A stretch of 64,000 nucleotides of DNA from Bacteroidota bacterium (GTDB lineage Bacteria; Bacteroidota; Ignavibacteria; UBA10030; UBA6906): contig JBFLYO010000003.1 of the NCBI GenBank assembly GCA_040756745.1, positions 15,072-79,071 of the forward strand, given 5' to 3'. Below the pieces are notes generated by a model. The model worked only from the letters and a program-made list of their open reading frames with translations, had not been told where the DNA came from and made no database searches. Shown piece after piece: positions 43,042-51,847 of this stretch. Position 1 is the stretch's first letter. Each line of letters opens with the position of its first letter. Both the position numbers and the translations under genes were made by a program.

Positions 43042-43110
43042 GATTTAGATTGAGATTAAGATTAAGGTTAAGGGGTGAGGCAGGTTAAGGTTAAGGGGAT
43101 CAAGCTCGTC
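43042..43110. repeat. Family 1 repeat block (GATTGAGATTTAGATTGAGATTAAGATTAAGGTTAAGGGG...GGTTAAGGTTAAGGGG) immediately after the DUF2147 stop
   Basis: Direct reading of the sequence. It is followed by a perfect hairpin GGATCCGCC-ATCGA-GGCGGATCC at 43147-43169. Confidence 0.75.
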
Positions 43111-43440
43111 GGTCATTGCGAGCGCTCTTTGCGAAGTCCGCCTCTTGGATCCGCCATCGAGGCGGATCCCGGGGGGCGGACAATCTCTGGTTAGGCAGAC
43201 AGAGGTTGCTTCGTCGCTGAGAAACGCTCCTCGGTGACCGGAAAGTGAGACGGAATGTCTGGAGCCTGAACAAGTGGCCTCGGGCAGCGAAGCTATTTTT
43301 CTCCTTGACATTCTTTTTTATAGACGCAATGACAAAGTGCTCTGTGGTTATCCTCTCAACCATACTCTCAATCTTGATCTCAATCTCAACCGTAACCCTC
43401 GTTCCCCTCAGTCCGCTCCTTGTTCTGCACTGTTCCCACC

Positions 43441-44853
43441 TCACTTCTTCCGAAACGTCACCGCCCGCTCTGATGCGGTCTCCAGTTCCATGAGGAGTTG
43501 AACCAATTTGTTGTAGTCCTCAGGGGGGATAACCTGTGATGTGAGATCCAGCGTAGCCGTTAGGCGCACGTCGTCTCCATCCCGCTTGCAAGCAATTGAG
43601 CCTCGCCCACCTGCAAAACCGCGCATGGTGGTGTCTCTCGGAGACTCAGTTACCACGTACCCCTCTGGATGATGAATACGCCATTCGATCGTCATCGTGT
43701 ACGGTTCGGGAAACACGACGTCGTTCGTACGTGACGGGGCGAATAGCTCATCCCGCAGCTGCCGCAGCAGGTGATTGGCAGGTCGAACACTGACGTATTT
43801 TTCGATGGTGGTCACCGCTGCCCTTGAAGTTCCCTTCGCGGCAATACTGACAAGGCCCTCCTCAAAAAACGGCGAGTAGCGAAGATCGCCCGCGTTTTCA
43901 AGACATTTGCCCAACACTGCTCGCTCGAAAAACGACTCCAGGTCCTTTCCCTTCAGCGCATAACCCCCGTTGCGCCACTCTTCAACCGGAGCACCGCGTC
44001 CGCTCGTTGCCATGCTGTCGAGGACGGCGAACCGGTCGCTGAACCTGAGGTCATGTGACTCTCGGATCCAAGCCTCGCCTGCCCTTGCGGCAGGCGTGGT
44101 CACCGATTGACACCCGTCGTTGCTGATCACCATGGCGGTGATTCCCTTCAGGAACCATGGGGTGCTATAACGGTTCGGGATCGCCCTGTCGAAGTCATAC
44201 AGCCGTTCGACTCCCCCAATTCTTACCTGCACGCCGATCCTGTCAAACCATCGGACCGTCGGCACGCTTGTTTCATACACCCCCTTCCGCCTGTCGCGGA
44301 TCCACCCTGCCTTCGCGTCCACCTCCCATTGGCGTAGGATCTTGTAGAAGATCGCTGAAAGATCAGACGCATCGCCGCTCCCGTCATCGAAGACCTTATC
44401 CAGATCATCGACTAGCGGGTAGAGACTGTTCACAGGGTCAAGCACGATCGCATGTCGCAAGGCAGTATAAAGACTGTCAACGCGCGCAAAGGTAACCGGC
44501 GATCCTAATGGAGCAAGGCCCAGCTGCCTGATACGGGAGTCTTTGACGTGACCCTTGTCGAGGTTCTCCTCCCAGTATGTCTTCGCGAGCGAGGACCAGT
44601 CCGTAGAACCACGAAACGCCAGATCGGACACAAATGCCGTCATCATGGAGAGTTCTTCAAATGGCGGTGCGTACGGTTCGGCGGGGATCGCATTGAGATT
44701 TCTCACGCTCCAGAACCGTGTGTCTCCCGATCCGAGCGTCGTTGCGATTTCAGAGATCTTCGGCTCGCCGATGCGGTCGGCAGGGAAGCTGAATACCCGG
44801 ATTTCATCACGCGCCTGACCGGTAATCGCGAGATTCGAAAAGAGCACGGGCAT
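43441..44853 (-). CDS. DUF3858-like / degenerate transglutaminase-like C-terminal module protein (B2). It is in-frame with and 2 codons downstream of the B1 stop
   Basis: 470 aa with no signal peptide. The C-terminal region resembles the DUF3858 end of Bacteroidota DUF3857-TGase-DUF3858 proteins. It may be the C-terminal part of a gene interrupted by a TAG codon. Confidence 0.5.
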   Translation of the reverse strand: MPVLFSNLAITGQARDEIRVFSFPADRIGEPKISEIATTLGSGDTRFWSVRNLNAIPAEPYAPPFEELSMMTAFVSDLAFRGSTDWSSLAKTYWEENLDKGHVKDSRIRQLGLAPLGSPVTFARVDSLYTALRHAIVLDPVNSLYPLVDDLDKVFDDGSGDASDLSAIFYKILRQWEVDAKAGWIRDRRKGVYETSVPTVRWFDRIGVQVRIGGVERLYDFDRAIPNRYSTPWFLKGITAMVISNDGCQSVTTPAARAGEAWIRESHDLRFSDRFAVLDSMATSGRGAPVEEWRNGGYALKGKDLESFFERAVLGKCLENAGDLRYSPFFEEGLVSIAAKGTSRAAVTTIEKYVSVRPANHLLRQLRDELFAPSRTNDVVFPEPYTMTIEWRIHHPEGYVVTESPRDTTMRGFAGGRGSIACKRDGDDVRLTATLDLTSQVIPPEDYNKLVQLLMELETASERAVTFRKK

Positions 44854-44859
44854 GCGGTC

Positions 44860-45411
44860 CTAATAGTAGAAGATGCCGCTATAGGTCCGCGAAAAAGGCT
44901 CCGTCAGAGAATACTCTAGCTGGACGATGTCTCCGGGCATCAGGTCAGGAACTTTGAACAGCGCTTTGCGGGCGATCGGCTCGCCATGCTTGTCCTGGTG
45001 GGAGACAATCACCGACACATCGCGATCCGGCATCACGATCACTGACCCGTCCGGTTTCTGCACACGAGCCCTTGCGGCAAACCCCGCCGGAATCTCATTG
45101 CCGAAATACTCCTTATACTCAAACTCAAATGATCCCAGGCGACGCACGCCTGCCTCGTTGAAGACCTTCGCGATCAGCACCGTGGTCCGCGTCATGGCGA
45201 TCCCGACAAGATCGACGCCGCGGTACGTTATTTCACTTCTGTGGACGTTGAGAGACTGTTCCTTGAGAACAATCACCCCATCGGCGCTTGGGAAGGCGTT
45301 TTGCGTCAACTGCGCGGCGAAAGTTGCGTTGGGGAGAGGTCGCAGGAACTCCTGAGCAGTAGCAACCTGCAGCATAAGACACCAGAGCAGAACTGCGATC
45401 GGTGAGTTCAT
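44860..45411 (-). CDS. DUF3857 domain secreted protein (B1)
   Basis: Signal peptide (…QVATAQEF). A DUF3857-like region ends in the aromatic motif SGIFYY, followed by a TAG stop. Confidence 0.6.
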   Translation of the reverse strand: MNSPIAVLLWCLMLQVATAQEFLRPLPNATFAAQLTQNAFPSADGVIVLKEQSLNVHRSEITYRGVDLVGIAMTRTTVLIAKVFNEAGVRRLGSFEFEYKEYFGNEIPAGFAARARVQKPDGSVIVMPDRDVSVIVSHQDKHGEPIARKALFKVPDLMPGDIVQLEYSLTEPFSRTYSGIFYY

Positions 45412-45414
45412 GAG

Positions 45415-46428
45415 CTATCCTTTCTTCATGAGACGTATGGTCTGTGCCGCCTTGACGGCTTCGTTCGCGTAACTCCGGAGGAATTCGGATCGTGATCGTT
45501 CATCAAACGGGCCAGGGGGAAGAGCAAACCGATCCTCCCATCGGAATTCCCCATCGTGGCTTGGCGAGCGAAAGCCGGGGATTACTACCGCCACTGCGAC
45601 GCGCGCATAGCCCGGATAATAGAACACATCATTATGCTCAAGGCCAGGGTCTTCCTGAGGGAGGATTTTGTCGAACAGCTTGTCGAACCGGACATACACA
45701 TTCCCGCCGGCATGCCAGAGCGCATTGCGGAATCGGCATGCCGCGTTAATGACGAACGTTGTGCTGTCGACAGCCCAACTGACATCTGCAATAGTGATTT
45801 GCGAAGCGATATTTTTCTCGATCCACTTTGTGAGTGTTGCTTTCATTGACGTGTTGTTCATCCATCGACGTATGGTCAGAAAAGCGACGGCATACTGTCC
45901 TTGGAGCCTGACGGTAAGCGCCCCCATTAAATCGTCTTCGATTACCTGTAGGGTGCCGGAGACCGAGGCAAGGTTTTCAGGCAATTCAGCGATCGTTGCG
46001 AGGCTGGAGGCGCCCGTGTGGAGTATTAGTGCACGAGCGTTGACCACATCTTCGTCCGGCACGCCGATGGCCTCAGGGGGGTTCGTCCCATCGAACCAGT
46101 ATTCACGCCCCGGCGTCTGCCAGTGAACGATCATGTGATTGAACTGGTTGAGGGCGACCGGCAGGCCGTCGAAGAAAGGATGACCGTTCCCGCGCCAGCA
46201 GAGGGCGAGATCGGGATGGAGACCCGCTATGCGCGCCATCACGACCATGAGCGTTGAATAGTCTTTGCAATCGCCGTACCGGTGTCGGAACACGAATGGC
46301 GCCGCATTCGGTATGAACTCGCCGCCGCTGAGGTATGCCTGTTCGTATCGGATGTTTGACTGGCAGTAGCGGGCAATTGCGAACATTTTCTGTTCGTCGG
46401 TCATCTGATCGCTCACAATCTCCTGCAC
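45415..46428 (-). CDS. transglutaminase-like cysteine protease domain protein (A2). It has no own signal peptide and is in-frame continuation of A1 after a TAA
   Basis: Transglutaminase-like core YGDCKDYSTLMVVMARIAGL with downstream His/Asp. The 51 in-frame codons upstream (46429-46581) read as protein but contain no start codon. Confidence 0.65.
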   Translation of the reverse strand: MQEIVSDQMTDEQKMFAIARYCQSNIRYEQAYLSGGEFIPNAAPFVFRHRYGDCKDYSTLMVVMARIAGLHPDLALCWRGNGHPFFDGLPVALNQFNHMIVHWQTPGREYWFDGTNPPEAIGVPDEDVVNARALILHTGASSLATIAELPENLASVSGTLQVIEDDLMGALTVRLQGQYAVAFLTIRRWMNNTSMKATLTKWIEKNIASQITIADVSWAVDSTTFVINAACRFRNALWHAGGNVYVRFDKLFDKILPQEDPGLEHNDVFYYPGYARVAVAVVIPGFRSPSHDGEFRWEDRFALPPGPFDERSRSEFLRSYANEAVKAAQTIRLMKKG

Positions 46429-46581
46429 TGCCGCCGCGATCTGATCGTCCGGTCGCAGCTTCGCGTCGATGGTGCTCAGGAACCATTCGCCGAACGCTCT
46501 CCAACTGTCAGGTCCCCGGCTGGGCGTGATCGCATAGAGACGCGGAGCGGTGTCGTCGCTGGTAAAACGGTGCCGGGACGC

Positions 46582-47250
46582 TTACCGCTGTACATTGTGC
46601 CAGTCAAACCGATAGAGTGTCGAATGTTCGCTCCTGAGGACAGACGGGACAGTCCCGAGCGTGTCGTTGACGAGCCGGGCGATCACTGTATCCCCGGGCG
46701 GAACTTCCATGAGGCATGATGCATGGAGTACCCCGTCCCCCGCGTCTGCAGGCGAGAATGATACGCCAAGTTGCGGTAGTGCGAGGCGATGTTCGGAAAC
46801 GAACTCGACGAGGTCGCCCGATCCCGGCACGCGCTCAAGTCTGACGCTTCTGGAGAGCCGCTGCGAAATGACAATTCGGTTGCTCAATGTGCTCGAGGCG
46901 AGGTCGCTCAGGTCATAGGACTCCAGCGAGCCGTCGGCGTGTACGACGCGCGCCTCGTAGCCGGTCAGTTGCACCATGGAGCCATCCTCCACCGACAGGG
47001 TGCTGAATGTGCCCGCCGATCCGACTCGTATGATCCTGTGCGTGCGCAGTGTCGCAGCTCCCGTCCGATCATAGCGATAGTGTTCCTCGTGGAGCCGGAT
47101 CTCATCCTCCTGATTGCCAATTCCCTGGACTGCCTGCGGGGGAGGATCTGTCAGGAAACGATACCCTCCACAGCCGGGTAAGGAAAGGAGAAGGATGAGG
47201 CCAAGGGTGAGGATGTGAAGAATGGTGCGGATGAGCGGAGAGGTCATCAT
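46582..47250 (-). CDS. DUF3857 domain lipoprotein (A1)
   Basis: The start was chosen at MMTSPLIRTILHILTLGLILLLSLPGCGG (lipobox LPGC). A DUF3857-like region ends in the aromatic motif …LYRFDWHNVQR, followed by a TAA stop. Confidence 0.6.
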   Translation of the reverse strand: MMTSPLIRTILHILTLGLILLLSLPGCGGYRFLTDPPPQAVQGIGNQEDEIRLHEEHYRYDRTGAATLRTHRIIRVGSAGTFSTLSVEDGSMVQLTGYEARVVHADGSLESYDLSDLASSTLSNRIVISQRLSRSVRLERVPGSGDLVEFVSEHRLALPQLGVSFSPADAGDGVLHASCLMEVPPGDTVIARLVNDTLGTVPSVLRSEHSTLYRFDWHNVQR

Positions 47251-47572
47251 GCCGTCGCTCCTGAGTACGGGGAAACTTGTTATGGAAAAAACGGACTGCT
47301 CCCGCAGTGGATACCACTGCCGAGCATGTGGAGGCCGGGACCACACGTTCTCGCGCCGGGGGAGTTACAGCAAATGGCGCGTCAGGTTGCTACGAATCAA
47401 ATGGGAGAGCAGAATGCTGCAGCAGAATTACAGCGTCCGGCTTGCCGGGGGGTCGGACGCCGCAAAGACAACTCGCCGCAGAAAAACCACAGTAGAAGAT
47501 ACACCGCTCAGCAATTACTGTCAAGACGGAGCGGGATTATTCTGTCGATGTCACCCATGTCGGGATTCTTCA

Positions 47573-47606
47573 TAAAGAAAAAGGGCATCGGTTGTTGCGA
47601 TGCCCA
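47573..47606 (-). terminator. Rho-independent terminator on the minus strand (downstream of tRNA-Pro)
   Basis: The plus strand reads AAAGAAAAAGGGCATCGGTTGTTGCGATGCCC. On the minus strand this is an 8-bp GC stem (GGGCATCG/CGATGCCC) followed by TTTTTCTTT. Confidence 0.65.
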
Positions 47607-47728
47607 CGAGAAGAGATTTTGGTCGAAAGGATCAGGTCAAGGGGAGATTGCAGGTTGAGATCAAGACTCAGATCTTCGGATCTCCGTTGGGGCAGAATAT
47701 ATTCTGCGCTTACAGAGCCGATCTCTCC

Positions 47729-47815
47729 CTACTGACTTCTGCCTACTCCCCGCTTCTCCGTTCGCCCTACCTCCCTACCCCATACCTCCTTACCCCCTAC
47801 CTCTTTCTTCTTTAC
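47729..47815. repeat. Family 1 repeat block on the opposite strand: reverse complement of GTAGGCAGAAGTCAGTAG, followed by (CCTAC[C])n runs
   Basis: CTACTGACTTCTGCCTAC (47729-47746) is the exact reverse complement of the 18-mer GTAGGCAGAAGTCAGTAG at 31195-31212. It is followed by CCCTACCTCCCTACCCCATACCTCCTTACCCCCTACCTC. Confidence 0.75.
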
Positions 47816-47822
47816 TGCTCTG

Positions 47823-47896
47823 TCGGAGCGGGGGGATTTGAACCCCCGACCCCCTGAACCCCATTCAGGTGCGCTACCGGGCTGCGCTACGCTCCG
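47823..47896 (-). tRNA. tRNA-Pro (anticodon GGG)
   Basis: The reverse complement folds as a cloverleaf. The acceptor stem is CGGAGCG/CGCTCCG, the D-stem GCGC/GCGC, the anticodon stem CCTGA/TCAGG with loop ATGGGGT (U33, G37), and the T-arm GGGGG-TTCAAAT-CCCCC. The discriminator is A and CCA is not encoded. Confidence 0.85.
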
Positions 47897-47964
47897 AAAT
47901 ATAAAGTTGAGGATAAGGATAAGGTTAAGGGGACAAGTCGCGACGCCACATCATTCCTTCTTTT

Positions 47965-48003
47965 CCTTAACCTTAACCTTAACCTTAACCTTAACCTTAA
48001 CCT
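47965..48003. repeat. (CCTTAA)6 hexanucleotide microsatellite (family 1) overlapping the 3' end of the merR-like gene
   Basis: CCTTAACCTTAACCTTAACCTTAACCTTAACCTTAACCT is read directly. It is preceded by GAGGATAAGGATAAGGTTAAGGGG at 47909-47932. Confidence 0.9.
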
Positions 48004-48380
48004 ATCTTCTTCAACAACTCCTGCAAAAACTGCTTCGTCTCCTCCACGTCCGCGCGGAGCTGCTCGTCTTTGATTTTTGCGCGGGACTTCGGCGCGTCGA
48101 TGAGCTCGAGCTGCTCCCCCGTGTCCCCCTCCGGCGTGTAACTCTTCAGCACCTGCTTTGCCCCCTCAATCGTGTACCGCTCGTCCCGCAGCAGCTTCTT
48201 GATATAGAGGATCAGCTTAATGTCCCGGTTTGTGTAAATCCGGTTCCCCGCCCTGTTCTTCTGGGGCTTCAGATGCTCAAACTCCGACTCCCAGTACCGC
48301 AGCACGTACTGCTCGAGATCGGTGATCTTCGCCACCTCGCTGATCGAGTAATACAGCTTCTTGATGCCAAGCGATTTCAT
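47997..48380 (-). CDS. MerR family transcriptional regulator
   Basis: N-terminal MerR HTH (YSISEVAKITDLEQYVLRYWESEF) and a C-terminal coiled coil. Confidence 0.75.
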   Translation of the reverse strand: MKSLGIKKLYYSISEVAKITDLEQYVLRYWESEFEHLKPQKNRAGNRIYTNRDIKLILYIKKLLRDERYTIEGAKQVLKSYTPEGDTGEQLELIDAPKSRAKIKDEQLRADVEETKQFLQELLKKIG

Positions 48381-48482
48381 CGCGCGCTAGAGCCCAATAT
48401 ACCACGTCAAGCTACGAAAAACATGTCTGACTTGCAACCGACGCCGGCCGACAGTTCCGCAATTCGCATTCCGCAATCCGCA

Positions 48483-49040
48483 TTATTTTCTCGTCCTGCT
48501 CTTCGACAGCTTGACATCGATCTCCTTCATGCGCTTCAGCTCCTGCTGTACCTGCTGCAGGTCGGCTTCAAGATCCTGCAGGCGCCGCATGTCGGTCATG
48601 ATGGTGCCGCTCTGCCTCTTGGCGAGAGTCGTCAGGCTGTCGACCGAAGCGGTCTTCCGGGCAAGACTCTCCTGCAGCGTCCTCACCCGGCGAAGGAGGG
48701 AGACGAACATCTGGAAATGCTCACGGTCCGCTTTCTTCATCGGGAGATTGAGACACGCCGTGAACCAGTAGAGGGCGAGACTGTCGTTTCGCGCCGGGTT
48801 GAACTCGCTCGCATAGAGCAGGGCAGCCTTCCGCGCGGCAACCGGGAAGGCCGTTGATTGCGGAAATTCTGTCGCCACCACGACATAATGCTCGGCCGCA
48901 CCCTTGAGCGCCATCTCCTGCTCAAGGCTGTCGGCGAGCCGCATGTGATAGTTGACCAGATTCGCCGTCCGGCTTCCTTCGGTCCCCCCGCAGCCGGCAA
49001 GAACGCTCACGAGCAGCACGCCTGCGATCCATCGGTTCAT
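48483..49040 (-). CDS. lipoprotein with coiled-coil C-terminus, function unknown
   Basis: Signal peptide with lipobox LAGC. The first gene... (see finding) it is the last gene of a minus-strand operon. Confidence 0.55.
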   Translation of the reverse strand: MNRWIAGVLLVSVLAGCGGTEGSRTANLVNYHMRLADSLEQEMALKGAAEHYVVVATEFPQSTAFPVAARKAALLYASEFNPARNDSLALYWFTACLNLPMKKADREHFQMFVSLLRRVRTLQESLARKTASVDSLTTLAKRQSGTIMTDMRRLQDLEADLQQVQQELKRMKEIDVKLSKSRTRK

Positions 49041-50485
49041 GATGCCTTCTTTCTCCCCGCGGCGCGGGCCGTGGGAAACTCTACCGTGAATGTCGACCCA
49101 ACCCCGGGCTTGCTCGAAGCGGACACCTTCCCCCCCTGTCCCTCTACGAGCGCCTTCACGAACGCAAGCCCGATCCCCGTTCCTTTTTTCCGCTCTTGCA
49201 CGGCGCTGGAAGCTCGATAAAATTTCGTAAAGACCTTGGGGAGCTCAGCTGCAGGAATCCCCGCCCCCGTGTCGCGTACCGTCAGGTGCACGCCGCGTGG
49301 CGACGGGCCGACGATCACCTCGACGGTTCCCCCTTCATCCGTGTACTTCAACGCGTTGTTGATCAAATTGGATGCGATCTGGCTGCACTTCTCCGCGTCC
49401 ACGACCACCTCGGGGGCCGGGAAAGGAAGGAAGCTGAGCGTAATCTGCTTCCGCGCTGCGAGGGCCTCCGCCTCGCTGACCGCCGGTCGTATGACCTTGG
49501 CAAGATCCGCGCTGACCAGGTTGTACTCCATCATCCCTGCCTCGACCTTTGAGAGATCGAGGAACTGATTGCTGAACTTCGCGATCTTGTCCACGCTCTC
49601 CATCATGTTGTCGAGCAGCTTCCGCTGCTGCTCGGTTACGGGCCCCGCCTTCTGCTCCGTCAGCAGATAATAGACCGAATGGATGGTCTGAAGCGGCATC
49701 CGGAGCTCGTGGGAGATGTGCTGCATCATTTCCGCACGGAAGCGGTTCAGCGCGTCAAGGCTCGCGCTCATGGAGTTGAAGGCCGCGGCGAGGTCGGCGG
49801 TCTCGTCCTTCGAATTGACCCGTATGCGCGTGAATGAGCCGCCGGCAATCTCCTTGGTCCCGGCAACCAGCGTCCGGAGCGGACGGGTAATGGTGCGCGC
49901 GATGATGAACGCCGTTGCGATGGCGGCAAGGAGAGTCGTGGCCGCGATGATCAAGGCGACGCGGAAGGAGCGCTGCGTCGCGGTGTCGATGTCGTCGACT
50001 GTGGCGCGCACAGTTCGTTGTTTGGTGGTGATAAGAGCGTCTAGCGAGCGGTGCATGGCGTCCACGGTGTCCGTCCGCGCCTTCTCGGTCCCCGCCGGGT
50101 TGTAGGGGTCGGCTTCGGAGACGGCCGTGAAGTGCCAGTCGTGCCGGCGCCCGATGCGCTCGATGAGCTGCCGGTCGCGTTCGTCGGGGAGCATTCCTGC
50201 CAGAGAGTCCAGGAAACGGTTGAAGATCCGGTTGTTGTCGGCGAAAATGACGTGGTACGTCGTGTCCTGCGAGATGAGGTACTTCTGCGCGTAACGCTCT
50301 TCCTCGTACAGAATCGTCCGCATCTGCTTGGCAAGATCGATCGCCTGGACGTCGACCGTAAGCACGCTGCGTGTAGTCTCGGAAATGTGGCTCAGCTCCA
50401 GGAGACCGAACGCGCTTGCAACAAACATCAGCAGGATGATGACCCCGAACCCGATCATCACCTTCCGGTAGATGGTGAGCTTCAC
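49037..50485 (-). CDS. sensor histidine kinase (TM sensor, HAMP, HisKA, HATPase_c)
   Basis: H-box ISHELRMPLQTI and G-boxes DTGAGIP and GTGIGLAFVK. Confidence 0.85.
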   Translation of the reverse strand: MKLTIYRKVMIGFGVIILLMFVASAFGLLELSHISETTRSVLTVDVQAIDLAKQMRTILYEEERYAQKYLISQDTTYHVIFADNNRIFNRFLDSLAGMLPDERDRQLIERIGRRHDWHFTAVSEADPYNPAGTEKARTDTVDAMHRSLDALITTKQRTVRATVDDIDTATQRSFRVALIIAATTLLAAIATAFIIARTITRPLRTLVAGTKEIAGGSFTRIRVNSKDETADLAAAFNSMSASLDALNRFRAEMMQHISHELRMPLQTIHSVYYLLTEQKAGPVTEQQRKLLDNMMESVDKIAKFSNQFLDLSKVEAGMMEYNLVSADLAKVIRPAVSEAEALAARKQITLSFLPFPAPEVVVDAEKCSQIASNLINNALKYTDEGGTVEVIVGPSPRGVHLTVRDTGAGIPAAELPKVFTKFYRASSAVQERKKGTGIGLAFVKALVEGQGGKVSASSKPGVGSTFTVEFPTARAAGRKKAS

Positions 50486-50859
50486 CGTCGTCCGTCCTCA
50501 ATGACAACCATGGCCACGACGTGGCTGTCGGAATGCGACATGGAGAGCATCACGGTGGCGCCTGCGAGGTGCGCGCGCAGTGAGCCGTGGAGCGTGATGC
50601 GCGGCTGGCCGGAGGGCTCGTTGGTAATCTCGACATCCTTCCATCGAAATTCCCCGGCCCAGCCGGTGGAGAGGGCCTTGCTGAGCGCTTCCTTGGCGGC
50701 AAACCGCGCCGCGTAATGCTGGTAGCGGTGCGCCTTCGCGTCGCAGTATGCGATCTCCGACGGGGTGTAGACCTTCTGGACAAAGTGGTCCCCGATCGTC
50801 TCCACGCTCTTCTTGATCCTGTCGATCTCAATGATATCCACACCGATGCCGCGCACCAT
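50482..50859 (-). CDS. acpS: holo-[acyl-carrier-protein] synthase (4'-phosphopantetheinyl transferase)
   Basis: AcpS motifs GIGVDIIEIDRI...FAAKEA. 125 aa. Confidence 0.85.
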   Translation of the reverse strand: MVRGIGVDIIEIDRIKKSVETIGDHFVQKVYTPSEIAYCDAKAHRYQHYAARFAAKEALSKALSTGWAGEFRWKDVEITNEPSGQPRITLHGSLRAHLAGATVMLSMSHSDSHVVAMVVIEDGRR

Positions 50860-50863
50860 GTCC

Positions 50864-51559
50864 TCAGGCCCCCTTCCCGCGGGCGTTGACCCGGTCGATG
50901 ACGTCGAGCAGCGCCGAAACGTCGGTCAGATCGTAATCGGCATGCGACTCTACAGTGCCGAACGTATCTCCGTACCGCGCAAATGCCGTGGTCATGCCCA
51001 GATTGGCTGCACCGACCACGTCACGCTCTGCCCAGTCACCTACCATGATTGCCTCGTGCGGGTGCACGTTCAACAGCTCGAGTGCGCGCCGGAAGGGGGC
51101 CGGGCTCGGCTTGCGTTCTCCCGTGTCTTCGAACACCACGACGTGGTCAAACAATTGATGGAAGTTCAGGTAACAGAGCCGCAGCCATGCCTCGCGGGCA
51201 GGCGCATCGGAGACGACAGCCAGCTTGATCCCCCGCTTCAACAGCGCCACCAGCGTCATGTTCACGTGCGGGTACGGCACGAGGGCGGCTTCGCGTGCCC
51301 GCCGGTAGGCAATCACCCCCGCCGAGAGAATCTTGTAATCGACCTTCTGGAAGACGTCGTAGATGAGCTGGTCGAACACGTTCTGGAACTCAATGCCGCG
51401 CTCCTGGTAGATGGCGTCGATGCGCGCGCGGGCCTCCTCGGTGGTCAATCCCAGACCGGCATCGATCATGGCATTGATCGCGGCCGAGACGGCGAGCCGC
51501 TTCATGCTCATGAAATCGACGAGCGTGTTGTCGAGATCGAAGATAACCGCTTTGACCAT
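50864..51559 (-). CDS. HAD superfamily hydrolase
   Basis: HAD motif I (FDLDNTLVD) and motif IV (VGDWAERD). Confidence 0.8.
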   Translation of the reverse strand: MVKAVIFDLDNTLVDFMSMKRLAVSAAINAMIDAGLGLTTEEARARIDAIYQERGIEFQNVFDQLIYDVFQKVDYKILSAGVIAYRRAREAALVPYPHVNMTLVALLKRGIKLAVVSDAPAREAWLRLCYLNFHQLFDHVVVFEDTGERKPSPAPFRRALELLNVHPHEAIMVGDWAERDVVGAANLGMTTAFARYGDTFGTVESHADYDLTDVSALLDVIDRVNARGKGA

Positions 51560-51574
51560 GGGGTTCCGGGCGGT

Positions 51575-51847
51575 TCAGCGCGGGGACCGTGCGGACCGGG
51601 CAACCTCATCTTCGATGAACCCCCGTACGGCGGGCTTCAGGTAGAGGTTGTCAAGGCCGATTTCGTTCAGCGCTGTGGCGAGAACGGCCGCCTTCCGCTG
51701 AGGCAGAAGTCTCCTGTTGATGAGCAGCAGTTTCTGTTCCTTGAGAATGCAATACCCCCCTTCAAAATCCCCCCGCTCATAGCGGATGGTGACGCCGAGC
51801 TGACGGGCGACGCCGCCCAGCTCCACGATGAGCTCTTCGTGCTTCAT
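51575..51847 (-). CDS. small hypothetical protein (90 aa)
   Basis: ORF with tight spacing in the minus-strand operon; its start overlaps the upstream stop. No family recognised. Confidence 0.4.
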   Translation of the reverse strand: MKHEELIVELGGVARQLGVTIRYERGDFEGGYCILKEQKLLLINRRLLPQRKAAVLATALNEIGLDNLYLKPAVRGFIEDEVARSARSPR

